Virus record (IMG/VR): IMGVR_UViG_3300020044_000763
Span: 1 to 32,173 of that record
Direction: 5' to 3' (one strand)
DNA length: 32,173 bases
DNA from: a virus
Taxonomy: Duplodnaviria > Caudoviricetes
Position numbers and translations under genes: made by a program. This document shows positions 1 through 9,047 of the stretch, piece after piece. Position 1 is the stretch's first letter. Every line of letters begins with the position of its first letter. A model generated the notes under the pieces. The model had not been told where the DNA came from and did no database searches. It saw only the letters and a program-made list of their open reading frames with translations.

Positions 1-16
1 TTTATTGGAGAAACCT

Positions 17-229
17 GTGGCTACCAAGACTAATGTTAAAAAGAACCTTAACTCTACAAAGAACTGGATAGCTGGTGCTATTAAAAATCCAGGTGCTTTA
101 CGTGAATCCCTAGGCGTAAAGAAGGGTGAAACTATTCCTGCTGCCAAACTAGAAGCTGCAGCTAAAAAGCCTGGAAAAATGGGTCAACGTGCTCGTTTAG
201 CACAAACTCTTAAGAAAATGAAGAAGTAA
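17..229 (+). CDS. Small Lys-rich basic phage protein
   Basis: ORF 5..229; GTG at 17 follows GGAG (7-10), so it is the likelier start. Sequence KNWIAGAIKNPGALRESLG...RARLAQTLKKMKK is very basic. Stop overlaps the next ATG (TAATG). Confidence 0.75.
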   Translation: MATKTNVKKNLNSTKNWIAGAIKNPGALRESLGVKKGETIPAAKLEAAAKKPGKMGQRARLAQTLKKMKK

Positions 230-747
230 TGCGTAGAAAAACTTCCCATGATCGTAGGTATAAGAAGTCCGTTTGGAATCAAAACCAAAAACTTCAAGCT
301 GTTAGCACCTATTTGATGTTAGGAAGTATGGCAGAAACAGCCATAGTTACAGGCATTCCTTTGCCTACCCTTAAAACTTGGAAAACTACAGACTGGTTCA
401 AAGAATACTGTTTGCAATTACAGGCTGAAGACATTCAGCTTATGGATTCCAATTTAAAAAGAGTTATTAACAAAGCACTTAAAGCTACAGAAGAACGTTT
501 AGACACAGGTGATGCTCAGTTTGACCAAAAAACTGGAGAGATCATTCGTATTCCAGTTAAAGCTCATGTGGCTTTAAAGATTACTACAGACTTAATGACT
601 AAACAGCAAAGACTTCAAGACAACCCTGTCAAGGAAGAAGTTGAAAGAACCATTGATGATAGGTTGCTTAAATTGTCTGAGGAGTTTGCTAGGTTTGCTA
701 ATGCTAAATACAACACCATTGAAGCTGAAACTGTTCAAATTAAATAA
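229..747 (+). CDS. Putative terminase small subunit
   Basis: HTH-like N-terminus (SMAETAIVTGIPLPTLKTWKTTDWF) followed by helical region; directly upstream of and TAATG-coupled to the large terminase. Confidence 0.65.
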   Translation: MRRKTSHDRRYKKSVWNQNQKLQAVSTYLMLGSMAETAIVTGIPLPTLKTWKTTDWFKEYCLQLQAEDIQLMDSNLKRVINKALKATEERLDTGDAQFDQKTGEIIRIPVKAHVALKITTDLMTKQQRLQDNPVKEEVERTIDDRLLKLSEEFARFANAKYNTIEAETVQIK

Positions 748-2267
748 TGTCTAAACTTAATGCAGATGTTATGGAAGGATTTGTTAACTCAGTCCTTCGT
801 AAAAACTTTGATAGACCTGCTGCTACCCCAGAGTTTCATAAAGAAATATGGGACCTTGTTACTAGTAACAGCAAACAAGTAGCCATAGCTGCCCCTCGTT
901 ACCATGCTAAGTCTACGGCTGTAACCCATGCTTACACTTTAGCTTCAGTTTTATTTAGGGAGTCTCGGTATGTACTTATTGTTTCAGATACAGTCTCTCA
1001 AGCCATCCAATTTCTTGGAGACATTAAGAAAGAACTTCTTGATAACGAGGATTTGCGATCCCTGTTTTCAATTAAAAACGGACCATTCCCCAAAGACACA
1101 GAGGATGACTTAATTGTTGAAATGGACGATGGATACACCTTCCGTATCCAAGCTAAAGGTTCCGAACAAAAGCTTCGTGGTTTGAAATGGGCTAACTTAC
1201 GTCCAGACTTAATCATTGGCGATGACATGGAAAACGATGAAATCGTAATGAATAAAGACAGGCGTATGAAGTTCAAACGTTGGTTCTATGGTGCTCTTAT
1301 TCCTTGCGTATCATCTTCAGGAAAGATACGTATTGTAGGAACTATTCTACACCTAGACAGTTTATTAGAGAACTTAATGCCTACTTCTCAATTAGTTACC
1401 CATAGAGGAATTAAAGATTTAGTACGGGAAGACCTTAAAGAATACTCTAGGAATGTGCTGCCTTGGAAGTCTGTTAAATATCGTGCTCATACAGACGACT
1501 TTGAAACTTTGTTGTGGCCTGAAATGAAAACTGCTGAGCAATTTAAAATGCTCAAAGACGATTATGTACGTCAGGGTTTAGCTGATATTTACTCTCAAGA
1601 GATGTTAAATATTCCACTGGATGTCAGCGACACTTTTTTTAAAAAGGCAGACTTTGTGGCTATGAAGCCTGAAGACCAAAAGAAAAACTTAGTCTATTAT
1701 GCTACTTGTGATCTAGCTGTATCTCAATCTCAAAGAGCTGATTATTCTGCTTTTGTAGTTGGAGGCATGGATGAAGATGGAAAACTGTACTGTAAGCACG
1801 TAATTAAAGAACGTATGGACGCTTTGGAGATTGTAGATACAATCCTGATGATCCAAAAGATTTATAAGCCCGTACTCTTTGGACTCGAACAAGGTACTAT
1901 TCAGAAGGCTATTGGTCCCTATCTTAACGAAGAGATGCTTAAGCGAGGTGAGTTTATTAACACAGTGTTGTTAAAACCAAGCGGTGACAAACTTACCCGT
2001 GCTAGAAGTATCCAAGCTCGTATGAGAAGTGGGGCTTGTCGATTTGACAAAGAAACTGATTGGTATCAGAATTTTGAAGATGAGCTACTTAGATTTCCTA
2101 GGGATAAGCATGATGACCAAGTAGATGCTTGGGCTTATTTGGGCTTAATGCTTGATAGGATGTGGGAAGCACCAACTGAAAAAGAAGTAGAAAAAGAAGA
2201 GTACGAGGCTTATATTCGTGAAAGTAATGTAGTAGACTTAGGTCGATCTGCTGTTTGTGGGTACTAA
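747..2267 (+). CDS. terL: Terminase large subunit
   Basis: Walker A-like APRYHAKST, Walker B DLIIGDD, coupling motif VGT, RNase H-like nuclease motifs CDLAVS..ADYSA and C-terminal HDDQVDA. Confidence 0.96.
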   Translation: MSKLNADVMEGFVNSVLRKNFDRPAATPEFHKEIWDLVTSNSKQVAIAAPRYHAKSTAVTHAYTLASVLFRESRYVLIVSDTVSQAIQFLGDIKKELLDNEDLRSLFSIKNGPFPKDTEDDLIVEMDDGYTFRIQAKGSEQKLRGLKWANLRPDLIIGDDMENDEIVMNKDRRMKFKRWFYGALIPCVSSSGKIRIVGTILHLDSLLENLMPTSQLVTHRGIKDLVREDLKEYSRNVLPWKSVKYRAHTDDFETLLWPEMKTAEQFKMLKDDYVRQGLADIYSQEMLNIPLDVSDTFFKKADFVAMKPEDQKKNLVYYATCDLAVSQSQRADYSAFVVGGMDEDGKLYCKHVIKERMDALEIVDTILMIQKIYKPVLFGLEQGTIQKAIGPYLNEEMLKRGEFINTVLLKPSGDKLTRARSIQARMRSGACRFDKETDWYQNFEDELLRFPRDKHDDQVDAWAYLGLMLDRMWEAPTEKEVEKEEYEAYIRESNVVDLGRSAVCGY

Positions 2268-2271
2268 AGAT

Positions 2272-4359
2272 ATGAACCTAAAAGAAAAGTTTAACATTGA
2301 AGACCTCGTATATGAGGCCAATATTGCTACTCTTCTGTGCAAAGAAGACTTAACAACTATTGGGGTTCAAATTGTTAGAGATTTTGAGAATGATCTTTTA
2401 TCTCGAATGAGCTGGGAAAAGCGTACTGAAGCTTCTCTTAGACTAGCCCTTCAAGTTGCAGAAACTAAAAACTTTCCTTGGGCTAATGCTAGTAACGTTA
2501 AATTCCCTCTCATTACTATTGCTGCATTACAATACCATGCTCGCAGTTATCCTGTTTTAGTAGACAGTGATTTACCTGTTAAGTGCCGTGTTATAGGTGA
2601 TGACAGAGATGGGTTACGTGGTCTTCGTGCTACTCGTGTTGAAGAACACATGAGCTACCAAATCCTAGAAGAAGATGAGGATTGGGAAAGTGAAATGGAT
2701 AAGGTTCTTATTACACAACCTATTATTGGTTGTGCATTTAAGAAAACTTATTACGACCCAATTAAAAAGCATAATATTTCTGAGAACGTATTAGCCAAAG
2801 ACTTAGTGGTTAATTACTGGACTAAGAGTTTAGAAAATGCTCCACGAGTTACTCACGTTCTCCAAATGTCTACCAATGAAATTTATGAGCGAGTAGCTCG
2901 TAAACTATGGATAGATGTATCGGAAGGTCGCAGACAACAGCAAGCTACTGTTTCAATAAGTGACAATCTACAAACCACTCAAGACAATGCTCAAGGCTTA
3001 ATGCCACCAGAGCCAAATGATTCAAGCACTCCTATTGAAATGCTTGAGCAACATTGCTACATTGACTTTGATGATGATGGTTATGCTGAACCTTATATTG
3101 TTTATGTACGTAGAGATAACAAACAAGTTGCTCGTATTGTTGCTAGATACAGTCAATCTGACATAGAACGTAATGATGAGAATGTAATTCTTAGCATTAA
3201 ACCTGAACAGTATTTTACTAAGTATCCTTTTGTACCTTCACCTGATGGTGGCTTTTACGACTTAGGTTTTGGTGTTCTTCTTGGTCCTTTAAATGAGTCA
3301 ATCAATACAATCATCAACCAGCTCGTTGACGCTGGCACTATGGCTAACACTGCTGGTGGATTCCTTAGTCGTGGCATTAAGTTACGTGGTGGTAACTACT
3401 CCTTCAATCCTATGGAGTGGAAGCATGTAGACACAACAGGTGATGATTTGCGTAAAGGCATTGTTCCATTGCCAGTACGTGAACCTTCAAATGTAATGTT
3501 TACATTGTTAAATCTATTGATTAACTATGGTGAACGCATTGGTGGTTCTGTAGATATTTTGTCAGGTCAAAATCCTGGGCAAAATACTCCTGCTGAAACT
3601 ACACGCACAATGGCTGAGCAGGGCATGAAGATATTTAATGGTATCTTTAAACGTACTCACCGCAGTCTTAAACAAGAGTTTCGCAAACTGTATCGTTTAA
3701 ATCAAATTTTTATAACTGAAAATACACCTTACGTATCTAATGCTAAAAGCATGGGACTTATATTAGCTTCTGATTACGAAGGTCCTGTTACAGATGTAAT
3801 GCCTACATCTGATCCATCTATAACTTCTGATGCTCAACGGATAAACCAAGCCACAGCTATTGCACAACGAGTTGCCGTAACACCTGGTTTGTATGATCGT
3901 TATGAAGCTGAGTACACTTTCTTAAGAGCAATGAAAGTTACAAACATAGACAAGATACTGCCTGATCCTAAAGGACCCAATGCTGTACCTGCTCCAACTG
4001 ATCCTAAGATTCAAATTGAGCAAATGCGTCAGCAAACCAAACAGGCTGAAATGGATTTAACTATGAAAATGGGTCTGCTTAAACTAATGGGTGAAGCAGA
4101 ACTTAATCAAGCACAAATCCAAAGACTTGAAGCAGAAGTAGAAGCTATCAAGATTGGTATTGTGACTGAGGGTGAAAGAATGCGTATTCAAGAAATCAAT
4201 ATGCAAATTGGTCTACAACGTGAACGTAGAGAAGGTGTTCTTAGTTCTATCCAAACTATGAATACTGTTTACGACAAAATGAAACTAGACTTAGGGAAAC
4301 AAACTCCTGAACAACCAGTAATGCCGCAGGAGATGATGCCCCAAGTACCACCCCAGTAA
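2272..4359 (+). CDS. Portal protein
   Basis: About 695 aa directly after terL; FPWANASNV motif, INQLVDAGT..N..GGF motif, Gln-rich coiled-coil C-terminus like P22-type portals. ATG 2272 preferred over GTG 2257. Confidence 0.9.
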   Translation: MNLKEKFNIEDLVYEANIATLLCKEDLTTIGVQIVRDFENDLLSRMSWEKRTEASLRLALQVAETKNFPWANASNVKFPLITIAALQYHARSYPVLVDSDLPVKCRVIGDDRDGLRGLRATRVEEHMSYQILEEDEDWESEMDKVLITQPIIGCAFKKTYYDPIKKHNISENVLAKDLVVNYWTKSLENAPRVTHVLQMSTNEIYERVARKLWIDVSEGRRQQQATVSISDNLQTTQDNAQGLMPPEPNDSSTPIEMLEQHCYIDFDDDGYAEPYIVYVRRDNKQVARIVARYSQSDIERNDENVILSIKPEQYFTKYPFVPSPDGGFYDLGFGVLLGPLNESINTIINQLVDAGTMANTAGGFLSRGIKLRGGNYSFNPMEWKHVDTTGDDLRKGIVPLPVREPSNVMFTLLNLLINYGERIGGSVDILSGQNPGQNTPAETTRTMAEQGMKIFNGIFKRTHRSLKQEFRKLYRLNQIFITENTPYVSNAKSMGLILASDYEGPVTDVMPTSDPSITSDAQRINQATAIAQRVAVTPGLYDRYEAEYTFLRAMKVTNIDKILPDPKGPNAVPAPTDPKIQIEQMRQQTKQAEMDLTMKMGLLKLMGEAELNQAQIQRLEAEVEAIKIGIVTEGERMRIQEINMQIGLQRERREGVLSSIQTMNTVYDKMKLDLGKQTPEQPVMPQEMMPQVPPQ

Positions 4360-4379
4360 GGTTTTAAAAAGGAGAGAGA

Positions 4380-4610
4380 ATGGAAGCAGTAAGTCAAGAC
4401 AACTTTGATGAATGGAAACACCATCCAGTTACTAAGCGTTTAATGAAAATGCTTAATACAGATAGGGAAACCATGAAAGAGGGTCTAGTCAACAATGCGT
4501 TTGACGATGAGCAAGAAGTAAAAGGTCGCTGTAGAGCTATAGCTATTATCCTCAATCTTGAGTATGAAGATATGTTTGAAGTAACCATTAAGAGAGAACC
4601 AAATGAGTAA
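4380..4610 (+). CDS. Hypothetical protein (post-portal, WKHHPVT motif)
   Basis: Strong RBS AAGGAG upstream; 76 aa; overlaps groES start. Confidence 0.75.
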   Translation: MEAVSQDNFDEWKHHPVTKRLMKMLNTDRETMKEGLVNNAFDDEQEVKGRCRAIAIILNLEYEDMFEVTIKREPNE

Positions 4611-4950
4611 TGAATCAGGTATTAACCCAGTAGGGTGGCGTGTGCTTATTAAACCGCAAGAAGTAAAAGAAGTCTCTGAAGGAGGCATTATTCTTACTAC
4701 TGAAGTAACTAAAGATCGTGAACAGATGGGTAATACCACTGGCGTTGTTGTAGCTATGGGCGACCAATGCTATGCCGATGAACCTACACCTTGGTGTGCA
4801 GTAGGCGATAAAGTTATTTTTGCCAAATATGCAGGTTTACTGTATTTAGGTAAAGATGGGTTTAAGTACCGCATGATTAATGATAAAGACATTACAGGCA
4901 CTCTTGATGCTGATGTTGATCTTGTTGATCCTTATTTGGCAAAGAAATAA
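4603..4950 (+). CDS. groES: GroES/Cpn10-like co-chaperonin
   Basis: INPVGWRVLIKP, mobile loop SEGGIIL, GVVVAMG, VGDKVIFAKYAG and INDKDI match the Cpn10 pattern. Confidence 0.92.
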   Translation: MSNESGINPVGWRVLIKPQEVKEVSEGGIILTTEVTKDREQMGNTTGVVVAMGDQCYADEPTPWCAVGDKVIFAKYAGLLYLGKDGFKYRMINDKDITGTLDADVDLVDPYLAKK

Positions 4951-4964
4951 ATTAGGAGTAAGAT

Positions 4965-5798
4965 ATGAGCGAAGAAAACAACGATGTTACTAGTAACGAA
5001 GTTGCTCCAGAAATTCAACATGAGGCTGAATCTCAAGGTTGGGTTCCTAAAGAAAAGTTTCGTGGTAATGAAGCTGATTGGGTAGATGCTGATGTTTTTG
5101 TAAAACGTGGTCGAGAGATTCTTCCTATTCTGCGTAAGAATAATGAGAATCTTATTAAAGACCTTAATGCTACAAAAGAGCAACTTAAAGAGTTTCGATT
5201 AGCAGCAGAAGAGTTCAAACAGTTTCAACGTGAAACTTATGAACGTAAAGTTAATGAATACGAAATGCGTATTCAAGAGATTAAAGAAAGCCGTGCTCAA
5301 GCTATTAGCGATGGGGATGGTCAGAAAGTCAATGCTTTAGATGATGCATTAGACCTTGCAAAAGAAGAATACAAAGAAGCTAAACAAGCTGTTAAAGACG
5401 CAGATGTTGTTAAAACACCTGAGCCAACACAAGCTGAGATTGACCCAGGCTTACAAGCGTGGTTAGATCGCAACACTTGGTTTGGTGAAGATAAACGAAT
5501 GACTGCTGTAGTTAATGGTATTGGTGAAAGCCTCCGAGTAGAGTTTCCTATGCTTAAGGGACAACCATTCTTAGATAAGCTTGATGAAGTGTTAGCAGAA
5601 GAGTTTCCAAATAAATTTGGTAAAAAACAAAGTTTACGTAGTCGGGTTGAATCTGGATCAGGTAGGCAAGGACGCAGTAGCGGCAATGCCCAATCTTATG
5701 AAAATTTACCCTCTGAAGCTAAAGCTGCATGTGATCGGTTTGTTAAGCAAAAGCTTATGACCCGTGAACAATATGTTGCAGACTTTGACTGGAACTGA
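4965..5798 (+). CDS. Putative capsid scaffolding protein
   Basis: Acidic N-terminus, long coiled coil, W..RNTWF motif, C-terminal helix LMTREQYVADF; between portal and capsid genes; AGGAG RBS. Confidence 0.75.
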   Translation: MSEENNDVTSNEVAPEIQHEAESQGWVPKEKFRGNEADWVDADVFVKRGREILPILRKNNENLIKDLNATKEQLKEFRLAAEEFKQFQRETYERKVNEYEMRIQEIKESRAQAISDGDGQKVNALDDALDLAKEEYKEAKQAVKDADVVKTPEPTQAEIDPGLQAWLDRNTWFGEDKRMTAVVNGIGESLRVEFPMLKGQPFLDKLDEVLAEEFPNKFGKKQSLRSRVESGSGRQGRSSGNAQSYENLPSEAKAACDRFVKQKLMTREQYVADFDWN

Positions 5799-5826
5799 TT
5801 TTTAACTTATATTAAAGGAAATTGAT

Positions 5827-6339
5827 ATGCCCCGTGCACTAAATGAGTTTGAAAAACGTGATCGTCTTCTAGAGAAAGTGGCAGAAAAACAAGCAGCAGC
5901 CGTTGCTTCTAGACCTGCAGAAGATGGTACAACTCGAAAACGTAGGAATGTCTTTAATGGGACAGAAGCTAAGATAAGTGTTCGAACACAGATAGAAGGT
6001 TATCATCTCCACGTCTTTACAGATGCTGGAGGACGAATTCAAGAGGCTATGGATAGTGGCTATGAATTTGTAAAACCCGATGAAGTGGGAGGCGTGAGTG
6101 AGAATGTGGTCAGCCGTAATGGTGATCTTGGAGAAAGAATTAGGTATCTTGTAAATCCTCGTGCAGAAGGCACGGAGCAATACGGATATTTAATGAAGAT
6201 TCGGCAAGAATGGTATGAGGAAGATCAAGCTGAACTTCAGGCTAAAAACAATCGCATTGATGCTTCTATTCGCAAGGGTAAGATAACTGGAGATAATTCA
6301 TCTTTCTATACTCCTCGTGATGGAATCAAACTTAACTAA
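5827..6339 (+). CDS. Hypothetical head-module protein
   Basis: 170 aa, AAAGGA RBS; RIQEAMDSGYEFV and YLMKIRQEWYEED motifs; between scaffold and capsid genes. Confidence 0.75.
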   Translation: MPRALNEFEKRDRLLEKVAEKQAAAVASRPAEDGTTRKRRNVFNGTEAKISVRTQIEGYHLHVFTDAGGRIQEAMDSGYEFVKPDEVGGVSENVVSRNGDLGERIRYLVNPRAEGTEQYGYLMKIRQEWYEEDQAELQAKNNRIDASIRKGKITGDNSSFYTPRDGIKLN

Positions 6340-6359
6340 TGTTTTATAAGGAGTCTTAA

Positions 6360-7025
6360 ATGGCTAACGTAAACAAACCCAACGGGTTCAGTCCTGTTGG
6401 TAACTTGCTAGGAAGTAAGTGGAATGAGCAGGGTCGTGTATACGCTATCCCTACTGCTGACACTACCAATAGCTATGCAATCGGTGATTGCGTGATGTCC
6501 AGAGCTGGATCGGATTCTACTGGTATCCGTTACATCCAGAAATGGGGTGGCGCAACAACTACTTCTGCTTTGCCTTTGGGCATTATTGTGGGTATTCGTG
6601 TTGCTGATCCTGGCGTAAGCTTGGTTGGTACTACTTTGGATTTGACACAAACATATATTCCTGCTGGTACTCGTACTAGTGTGCGTTATATCTATGTTGT
6701 GGATGATCCATTTGTCCTGTTTGAAGCTCAGTTTGATTCTACTGGTGCTACACAAGCTCAGTTGTCTTTGAACACTGCTGTGACTATCTCTGCCGCTAAC
6801 CAGACTTCTTTGTCTACAAGTTCCCCGTTTTCTGATATGGTCCTTACTGGTCCAGCAGTTACGGCTACTTTGCCAATCCGTATGCTTGGTGCTGTTCAAC
6901 GTATCGACAACGAAGTTACTAGTGCTGCTAGTCCTTATGTCCGTGTGTTGTGCAAGTTTAACTACCACGAATTTGGTACTATCGCCTCTGCTTCTGGCAC
7001 AGTCGTTAACTACCTTGCAGTCTAA
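6360..7025 (+). CDS. Putative capsid decoration/minor capsid protein
   Basis: MANVNKPNGFSPV N-terminus, V.DDP..LFEAQ motif, beta-rich; TAAGGAG RBS; directly upstream of the major capsid gene. Confidence 0.7.
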   Translation: MANVNKPNGFSPVGNLLGSKWNEQGRVYAIPTADTTNSYAIGDCVMSRAGSDSTGIRYIQKWGGATTTSALPLGIIVGIRVADPGVSLVGTTLDLTQTYIPAGTRTSVRYIYVVDDPFVLFEAQFDSTGATQAQLSLNTAVTISAANQTSLSTSSPFSDMVLTGPAVTATLPIRMLGAVQRIDNEVTSAASPYVRVLCKFNYHEFGTIASASGTVVNYLAV

Positions 7026-7041
7026 TTAAGGAGAATAAATC

Positions 7042-7962
7042 ATGGCTGGTGTAATTACTACCGCATCCCACCCCAAGGCTCTATGGCCTGGCGTTAAAGC
7101 TTGGTGGGGACAAGTCTACAATGAGCATCCAGAAGAGTATATTGATCTCTTTGACAAAGATACTTCTACTCAGAACTACGAAGAAGACGTTCAACTGTCT
7201 GGTTTCGGTTTAGTTCCTGTAAAGTCTGAAGGTCAAGGGACTGCATACGACTCTGAAATCCAAGGCTTTACTACACGTTATACACACGTTGCATACGCAA
7301 TGGGTTATATCGTGACTAAAGAAGAGTTGGATGACAACTTGTATGAGCAAATCTCTAAGAAACGTGCTTCTGCTTTGGCAATGTCTTTCCGTCAAACGAA
7401 AGAAAACATTGCTGCTAACGTGTACAACCGTGCTTTTAATAGCACGTATAAAGGTGGTGATGGTGTCGCTTTGTGCGCTACTAACCACCCTAATACGGCT
7501 GGTGGTACATGGGCTAACAAGCCTACAGTTGACGTTGATTTGTCAGAAGCTGCTTTGGAAGATGCAGTAATCGCAATCATGGGTCTGCGTAATGATCGTG
7601 ATTTGTTGGTTGCTATTCAACCTAACAGCTTGCACATTGCTCGTCAAGAAGTGTTTAATGCTCAACGTATTCTGCACTCTCAGTACCAAACAGGTAATGC
7701 CAACAATGATATTAACGTCATTGCAACTGGCAACTACTTGCCTGGTGGCTTCAAAGTGAACCACTACTTCTCAAGCCCACACGCTTGGTTTATTCGTAAC
7801 ACCATTCCTGGTGGTACTGGTATGAAGTACTATGAGCGTCATGCTGTCACGTTTGATCAGGACAATGACTTTGATACTATGAACGTTAAAGCCAAAGGCT
7901 ACGAGCGTTATAGTTTCGGTTGGTCTGATCCCCGTGCTATCTTCGGTGTTAATGGTCCGTAA
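7042..7962 (+). CDS. Major capsid protein (HK97 fold, Mu gpT-like)
   Basis: 306 aa; KALWPG, YEEDVQLSGFG..PVKSEG, GGDGVAL...HP, DFDTMN.KAK.YERYSFGWSDPR motifs; strong TAAGGAG RBS; terminator follows. Confidence 0.92.
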   Translation: MAGVITTASHPKALWPGVKAWWGQVYNEHPEEYIDLFDKDTSTQNYEEDVQLSGFGLVPVKSEGQGTAYDSEIQGFTTRYTHVAYAMGYIVTKEELDDNLYEQISKKRASALAMSFRQTKENIAANVYNRAFNSTYKGGDGVALCATNHPNTAGGTWANKPTVDVDLSEAALEDAVIAIMGLRNDRDLLVAIQPNSLHIARQEVFNAQRILHSQYQTGNANNDINVIATGNYLPGGFKVNHYFSSPHAWFIRNTIPGGTGMKYYERHAVTFDQDNDFDTMNVKAKGYERYSFGWSDPRAIFGVNGP

Positions 7963-7977
7963 TTGTTCCTAGTAACA

Positions 7978-8010
7978 AACCCTCTCCCAAAAGGAGGGGG
8001 TTCTTTTTTT
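7978..8010 (+). terminator. Rho-independent terminator after the major capsid gene
   Basis: Stem AACCCTCTCC / GGAGGGGGTT (one G-U pair), loop CAAAA, followed by C and seven T. Confidence 0.88.
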
Positions 8011-8027
8011 AACCAAAGGAATTTAAA

Positions 8028-8159
8028 ATGAGCTTTGAACGTCAAAAAGAAAAGGGCAAACGCCCTGATGTCAAATTGCAAGCTAAGATGGGAGAAAAGA
8101 AAATGGCTCCTATGAAGAAAATGGCTGCAAAAAAGACTATGCCTAAAAAGAAAATGTAA
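8028..8159 (+). CDS. 43-aa Lys/Met-rich basic peptide (absent from ORF track)
   Basis: AAAGGA RBS, ATG 8028, TAA 8157-8159; MSFERQKEKGKRPDVKLQAKMGEKKMAPMKKMAAKKTMPKKKM. Confidence 0.75.
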   Translation: MSFERQKEKGKRPDVKLQAKMGEKKMAPMKKMAAKKTMPKKKM

Positions 8160-8174
8160 AGTACAATTCTTATA

Positions 8175-8221
8175 TCCGATGACGCTCTTAATTGAGCGTT
8201 GTTTTAAACAACGTCAAAGGA
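8175..8221 (+). promoter_or_regulatory. Structured RNA leader with alternative pairings over the RBS of the 8228 gene
   Basis: GACGCTC/GAGCGTT hairpin, CGTTGTT/AACAACG hairpin, and TCC..TGACG/CGTCA..GGA pairing that covers the SD. Confidence 0.5.
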
Positions 8222-8227
8222 ACTATC

Positions 8228-8953
8228 ATGTCAAATCCAACACGACTCTATAACGGTTTATCTACTGCATTCTCTAACGAACCTCTGCATTCATACCCTT
8301 TTCCTGATCCCTTTCATACTGCAAGCAATCAGTACACAGGTAGCTCTAGTTATATCAATGATTTCAACACATTGATTGGTACTGACTTTACAGTATCAGG
8401 TACATCTTCTACATTTGCTCTTGGTAATGGTGCAGGTGGTATTGCTGTTCTTACTCCAGGTAGTACTACCACAGCTACTGCTGCTTATAAACCTGCTACG
8501 TTTTACCAATTTGTAGCTGGTAATCGTTCTTGGTATGTGTGCCGTTTTAAAGCTTCTGCTGTAGCTGGTAACGTATCCTTTTACGCTGGTTTGCGTAATG
8601 GTGCTAGTGCTACTGAAGGTTTGTGGTTTGCTAAAGCTGCTGCATCTACTTCTATCAATTTGGTGTCCACTGTTAACAGCACTGCTACTACTTTGGTAAC
8701 TGGTGTTGCAACTGCAGTGGCTGACACTTATGTTGAAGTTGGTTTCTACTATGATGGTACAGACTTACTTGTTTACTCAGGCACTACTCCACAAAACATA
8801 GCTATGGATGCTCGTGTGTCTAATGTTACTATTGGTTCTACTGGTACTAACTTAACTAATGCTTTGTTAAGTCCTGTATTTCAGATTACTCCTACAGCAA
8901 CTGATACATTGACTACTGACTTTGTGTTGGCTGCTCAAGAAGTTACACGCTAA
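8228..8953 (+). CDS. Putative virion structural protein (head fibre or decoration, beta-sandwich-like)
   Basis: ATG 8228 with AAAGGA RBS, preferred over TTG 8192; T/S/G/A-rich; follows the capsid gene. Confidence 0.7.
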   Translation: MSNPTRLYNGLSTAFSNEPLHSYPFPDPFHTASNQYTGSSSYINDFNTLIGTDFTVSGTSSTFALGNGAGGIAVLTPGSTTTATAAYKPATFYQFVAGNRSWYVCRFKASAVAGNVSFYAGLRNGASATEGLWFAKAAASTSINLVSTVNSTATTLVTGVATAVADTYVEVGFYYDGTDLLVYSGTTPQNIAMDARVSNVTIGSTGTNLTNALLSPVFQITPTATDTLTTDFVLAAQEVTR

Positions 8954-8962
8954 TAAGTTAAA

Positions 8963-9005
8963 GTAAATACCACATCTAGCACAACAATGTTAGGTGTGGT
9001 TTTAC
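8963..9005 (+). terminator. Long intergenic hairpin (weak terminator or RNA processing/stability site)
   Basis: 13-bp stem ACCACATCTAGCA/TGTTAGGTGTGGT with two G-U pairs, extendable by GTAAA/TTTAC; only a short T run follows. Confidence 0.55.
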
Positions 9006-9047
9006 AAAACAATTTAGTGTTAAACGTAAACAAAGTGGGAGTTTAAT

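Noticed and set aside
6408-6968. 186-aa antisense ORF, and similar antisense ORFs such as 5321-5686, 21746-22141 and 24482-24904
   Set aside because: They lie opposite well-supported genes, lack recognisable motifs, and are explained by codon bias of the sense gene.
8192-8227. TTG-initiated N-terminal extension of the 8228 gene
   Set aside because: No SD before the TTG, whereas AAAGGA precedes ATG 8228; the region reads better as a structured leader.
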